Source: Synechocystis sp. PCC 6803 substr. PCC-P (GTDB taxonomy: Bacteria > Cyanobacteriota > Cyanobacteriia > Cyanobacteriales > Microcystaceae). Taken from it: a stretch of DNA of 32,000 nt. A program made the position numbers and the translations under genes. Position 1 is the first letter of the stretch; each line of letters opens with the position of its first letter. The notes under the pieces are model-generated. The model saw nothing but the letters and a program-made list of their open reading frames with translations, ran no database searches and was not told where the DNA came from. Positions 28,159 to 32,000 of the stretch are shown here, one piece after another. The stretch is taken from assembly GCF_000284455.1 (NCBI RefSeq), contig NC_017039.1, positions 2,820,001 to 2,852,000 on the forward strand. Reading direction: 5' to 3'.

Positions 28159-29565
28159 TTAGGGCATAAATTGGAGCGGTAGTTGGCGGGGCTGGTTCCC
28201 TTGCAACTGTTGCTCCATTTGATGTGCCAACGCTAGGACTAAAGCATCGGCGGCGGGCTTACCAATAATTTGCACACTGAGGGGTAAACCCTGGTCATCA
28301 AATCCCACCGGAATGGCGATCGCCGGTAGGCCGGCCGCATTGGCGGGGGGGCAGGGGGCAATCCATTCAATAATTTTCTGCACCACGTCGGGGGGCGATA
28401 GATGGGTCCATTCCCCGATTTTTGGGGGCCGATGATTAAAAACGGGCAAAATTAGGGCGTCATACTGTTCCATAAAGCCGACAATTTGGCGGGAAATCAC
28501 CTGCATATTCCTTACCCCCCGCAGATAGTCCCCCGCAGTGCCACTGGTTTCCCCTAACCACTGATTAACCGATTCCAACAGGGGTAAAGGAATGCCGGAA
28601 GCCCCCACCCCAGCTTTCCAAATTTGGGCAAAGGGTTCAATTAAACTAGTGACATCAAAACAGGCTTCCTCCAATTGATGCCCTAGATTTTCGCAAACGG
28701 CGATCACCTTGGCCACAGCCCCTTGAATCTCAGAAGAACTGCTAAAGGGAGGTAGGGAAAAAGCATAGGCCAGGCGCAGTTGCCCAGGGGTTTCCCCCGT
28801 GGTCTCCACAAAAGGGCGATCGGGGGACGGTAGCCAATAGGGATCCCCTGTGATGTAACCTTCCATGACGTCCAACAGAGCCGCCGCCTCCAACACAGTG
28901 CGACTGAGGGGACCATGGCAGGCAATGCCACTCTGGTAATCTCCCACTGGAGCCTGGGATACCCGGCCACGACTGGGTTTAAAGCCCACTAAGCTGCAAC
29001 AAGCTGCTGGAGTTCTCACAGAGCCGCCACCGTCGGAGCCCTGGGCAATGGGCACCAAACCCGCCGCCACCGCCGCCGCACTGCCACCGCTAGATCCCCC
29101 CGCGTTATAGTCCAAATGCCAAGGATTGCGGGCCGGTAAAAATCCTGGGGGTTCGGTGTAGGGAAATGACCCCAGTTGGGAAGTGACGGTTTTACCCACG
29201 ATGGTGAATCCCGCCGCTTTCATTTTGGCCACAACACCGTCATCGTAGGTGGCTAAATTTTCCTTCAGGGCTGACACCCCGTAGCTCACCGGCATGTCAG
29301 CAACGCAGTTTAAATCCTTCACCGCAATGGGTACGCCAAAAAATGGTGGCAAAGGTTCAGAATTACCCATTCCCGCTAAATATTTGGTTTTCTGCTTCGC
29401 ATCGGCGATCGCCGACTCCCAGGCCACGTGGGCAAAACTGCCTACTGTTTGATCATATTTCCCCAGGCGATCGAGATAATACTGGGTGATTTCCAAAGGA
29501 GAAACCTGGCGAGTGCGGACTAATTGGGCTAAGTCGAGGGCGCTTAGTAAACAAAAATCAGTCAT
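28159..29565 (-). CDS. Amidase signature family hydrolase
   Basis: PVAVKD-like [61 protein letters not shown]. The likely start is MTDFCLL at 29565; the ORF extends to 29685. Confidence 0.93.
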   Translation of the reverse strand: MTDFCLLSALDLAQLVRTRQVSPLEITQYYLDRLGKYDQTVGSFAHVAWESAIADAKQKTKYLAGMGNSEPLPPFFGVPIAVKDLNCVADMPVSYGVSALKENLATYDDGVVAKMKAAGFTIVGKTVTSQLGSFPYTEPPGFLPARNPWHLDYNAGGSSGGSAAAVAAGLVPIAQGSDGGGSVRTPAACCSLVGFKPSRGRVSQAPVGDYQSGIACHGPLSRTVLEAAALLDVMEGYITGDPYWLPSPDRPFVETTGETPGQLRLAYAFSLPPFSSSSEIQGAVAKVIAVCENLGHQLEEACFDVTSLIEPFAQIWKAGVGASGIPLPLLESVNQWLGETSGTAGDYLRGVRNMQVISRQIVGFMEQYDALILPVFNHRPPKIGEWTHLSPPDVVQKIIEWIAPCPPANAAGLPAIAIPVGFDDQGLPLSVQIIGKPAADALVLALAHQMEQQLQGNQPRQLPLQFMP

Positions 29566-29681
29566 TTTAAAATTGGCAAATAATTGGCGGTTAGAAAAAT
29601 TAGAAAAATTAAAAGGCAAAGGCTTTAAAACCTTAACGTAATCCGGCAGCACTGACTCCCTATCAGCCTGTCTCCGCATAA

Positions 29682-31172
29682 TCAACTAACTGTATTACCC
29701 AAAATTCGTTCAATATCCGCTTCGGAAAGTTTTTGCAGATAATTAATTTTAAATTCTTCGAGGAAATCAATTAATAATTCTTCAATGTCTTCTAGGTGGT
29801 GTTGTTGATTCAATTCCACATTAAGTTCCATGGTCAGCTTAGTCAGTAAATTTTCCAGTAGTCGATCAAATTCCTTATCCTGTTCTAGAAAGCTCTGTAG
29901 AGTAGTCAGTATGCGCTCGTAGGATATTGCAATCATATTGGCCATTATTTCCCGCTGCATATTTTTTACTCCAGGCAAACTCTGTAACTGGGTGTAACCC
30001 TGAATTTGTCCTAGGGAAGACTGCATATTATATAGCATAAAATCTCGTACTTCTGGTTCTACTTCTGGCAATACTTTTTGCAATAAAACCTGGGAAACAA
30101 TTCTAATGACTTCTACTAACTCATTGCGGTTATTAATATCAATATATTGGGTGGTTTTGGCTCGGTCTAAAAATTTTCGCAGGGCTCCTTCCCGCACTAA
30201 TTGTTGCATTTGTTCCACCAGCCGCACCACAATTACCTCTGTCATATCTTCAGCAATGATGGCAACAAAACCCTGGGTAGCCTGCCCTTTAACTTTATTC
30301 AAATCCATTAATTTAGCTTTATCTAGCCGCACGGTGAGGGGAATAATGCGCAGCCAACGGAAAAATGGTAAAAACAAAAAGAAATCATACCAACGCCACA
30401 GCATGGCATCGACCCAACTGACCCCCCGGTAACGCAGGCTAATTAAACGGGTACGTCCCAGAAAGTCTATTAAGAAAATCAGGAAAAAGGGAAAATCAAT
30501 TAAGGCAAAATTATCCACTGGCTGGCCATTTTCCCCAATTTCTCGGAAATAGTTAGTGGCAATCAGAGGTCTAATTTCTTGGTCAAAAAATACTAGCTGG
30601 TTAGTTAGTCCGTTTTTAAGCAGGTAATCCTTAGACCAAAAGGTTTCAAAGGATTCGGTGGCAGATGCATCGGTGGAACCAAAAACATGGAGCCGCATAA
30701 GATTTTTGATCCGCTCAAAAGTGCCGGTTTTATTGGCAATTTGGAAGGGATTTTCGATAATCATTTGGGCACTGTCTTGGCGTAATTCCGCGAGAATGTT
30801 ATCAATTTCCTGCGCCTGTTGTACGTTGCCAGCCCCATCCAAGGCCTGTTCATCTAGTTTGCTATTTAATTCATCCACCAGTTCTAAATAGGCAGCGGTG
30901 GAACGGTAAGGTTCAATGCCTTTTACCCAATCGTAGTATGGGGTAATGTTGAAAGGAAAAATCCGCACGGGCCGCTTGGGAAATACCCGCTGGAAAGGGC
31001 CGACTTTAACTGAAAGCTGCACTGTCCCCTGTAACCAAAAATCCCGCAATGGGATATAGGTCAAATCAAACAAAACTAAACTGTAATTGGCAAGCAAAAT
31101 TAGAGCCAATATACGCTCATACCAAAGAGGTACTGCTAGATGTTTTTTGGATCGGTCAAAGGGACGGGGCAT
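29682..31172 (-). CDS. Large conserved cyanobacterial-type membrane protein of unknown function
   Basis: Roughly 496-501 aa; hydrophobic segments near the N-terminus (ERILALILLANYSLVLF) and mid-protein (ALIDFPFFLIFLIDFLG), and a long helical charged C-terminal half. Start at 31172 or 31187. Confidence 0.7.
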   Translation of the reverse strand: MPRPFDRSKKHLAVPLWYERILALILLANYSLVLFDLTYIPLRDFWLQGTVQLSVKVGPFQRVFPKRPVRIFPFNITPYYDWVKGIEPYRSTAAYLELVDELNSKLDEQALDGAGNVQQAQEIDNILAELRQDSAQMIIENPFQIANKTGTFERIKNLMRLHVFGSTDASATESFETFWSKDYLLKNGLTNQLVFFDQEIRPLIATNYFREIGENGQPVDNFALIDFPFFLIFLIDFLGRTRLISLRYRGVSWVDAMLWRWYDFFLFLPFFRWLRIIPLTVRLDKAKLMDLNKVKGQATQGFVAIIAEDMTEVIVVRLVEQMQQLVREGALRKFLDRAKTTQYIDINNRNELVEVIRIVSQVLLQKVLPEVEPEVRDFMLYNMQSSLGQIQGYTQLQSLPGVKNMQREIMANMIAISYERILTTLQSFLEQDKEFDRLLENLLTKLTMELNVELNQQHHLEDIEELLIDFLEEFKINYLQKLSEADIERILGNTVS

Positions 31173-31438
31173 AGTTGGAAATGGCAAAATGCTTGAATGA
31201 TGGCCGCTAACCAGACTTTAAGGTTAGCCATGGAAAGCCTCCCTGGCAGAAGTTTTGGGAGATTAGCTCGGAGTGCTCACCATTGCAGGGAAAAATAAGG
31301 TTTCAGCAATAGCCTCTAATGGCAAAGGCAAAAACAATTGGGAAACTGTTCCGTCCCAATTCTAGGCAAGAAATTCCCAATGGTAAAATCATGGGGGTAT
31401 AGATATCTTGTTTTTTAGCTAATTGCAATACTCCAACC

Positions 31439-32000
31439 ATGCGCCTGAACTTTTCCCGGACTTTGTTTTTTGCCGCCATTATGGGTGGATTTGCGTTGGC
31501 TATGGGTAAGGCCCAGCCCTTTTTTCCTAGCAATTCTGTTCAAGCCATGGAAACTTCCAAGTCCCAATCCCTTCAAGGTACTACTTGGTATATTAGCGGT
31601 TGGCCTAGCGCCCCAGTGCCAGGCAGTGCTCCGATTACTTTGCAGTTCAAGGGCGCACCGCATAGCGGATCTCTGCGAGATCGCCTGACGGGAACAGCAG
31701 GTTGCAATACTTTTAATGGTGCCTATACCAGCGGTGATGGTAACTTGACCATTAACCAAGCTCTGGCCACAACCCGTAAAGCCTGTACCGCCGAGGTGAT
31801 GGCCCAGGAACAAAGATTTTTACAACTTCTGCCCCAAGTAACGTCCTATAGCATCGGGAACGATGGGCAACTGACATTAACGTATCTAAAGGATGGGGAA
31901 CAGGGTAGCATTAGTTTCATTCCCGCCAATCAGTACAGCGCTCTCCACAACAGTCAATGGGAACTGGTGACCATGGCCGGTGTGGAACCCATTGCTAACG
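31439..32000 (+). CDS. Secreted META/HslJ-like domain protein (3' end outside window)
   Basis: Manual translation from ATG 31439: MRLNFSRTLFFAAIMGGFALAMGKAQP...LQGTTWYISGW...GTAGCNTFNGAYT...TTRKAC...EQRFLQLLPQVTSYSI..., open to the window end and beginning a second repeat (LHNSQWELVTMAG). Confidence 0.8.
   Translation, partial: MRLNFSRTLFFAAIMGGFALAMGKAQPFFPSNSVQAMETSKSQSLQGTTWYISGWPSAPVPGSAPITLQFKGAPHSGSLRDRLTGTAGCNTFNGAYTSGDGNLTINQALATTRKACTAEVMAQEQRFLQLLPQVTSYSIGNDGQLTLTYLKDGEQGSISFIPANQYSALHNSQWELVTMAGVEPIAN

Noticed and set aside
31415-31813. 132-aa - strand ORF at the right edge
   Set aside because: Overlaps the better-supported + strand META-domain gene with a signal peptide.
1-32000. 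CRISPR array, transposon or phage module
   Set aside because: Repeated decamers (HIP1) are dispersed and not regularly spaced; no transposase, integrase, cas-like or phage structural proteins are seen. The intein is the only mobile-type element.
1-32000. tRNA or rRNA genes
   Set aside because: No cloverleaf or rRNA-like stretch was recognised in the short intergenic gaps; a tRNAscan-SE/Infernal run would be needed to exclude them formally.

Overview
This window is an ordinary, dense chromosomal segment of a unicellular cyanobacterium. Codon style, the many HIP1 palindromes (GGCGATCGCC) and the gene content closely resemble Synechocystis sp. PCC 6803; the species call is from memory, not from a search. 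It encodes about 27 mostly housekeeping or conserved proteins. Recognisable genes are a desC-type acyl-lipid desaturase, a PLP-dependent methionine-gamma-lyase/aluminium-resistance family protein, a PstS-like binding protein, a GDP-fucose-synthase-like epimerase, an S9 peptidase, rpmG-rpsR, alr, a HAMP/PAS/GGDEF protein, a SulP/BicA bicarbonate transporter, a DppC/OppC-type permease, a YqgF-like small protein, dnaB interrupted by a large intein, a MoxR ATPase, rfbB, a divergent EF-G paralog, purM, a methyltransferase, hemH with a C-terminal LHC/HLIP-like segment, an amidase, a large conserved membrane protein, and a META-domain protein cut by the window end. I found no CRISPR array, rRNA, prophage, transposase or obvious new defence system, and no tRNA was recognised by eye. 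The points most worth a second look are the dnaB intein, the EF-G paralog whose catalytic His is replaced by Ser, the ferrochelatase-LHC fusion, the 3' overlap of the diguanylate cyclase and bicA genes, and a few uncharacterised secreted or low-complexity proteins.
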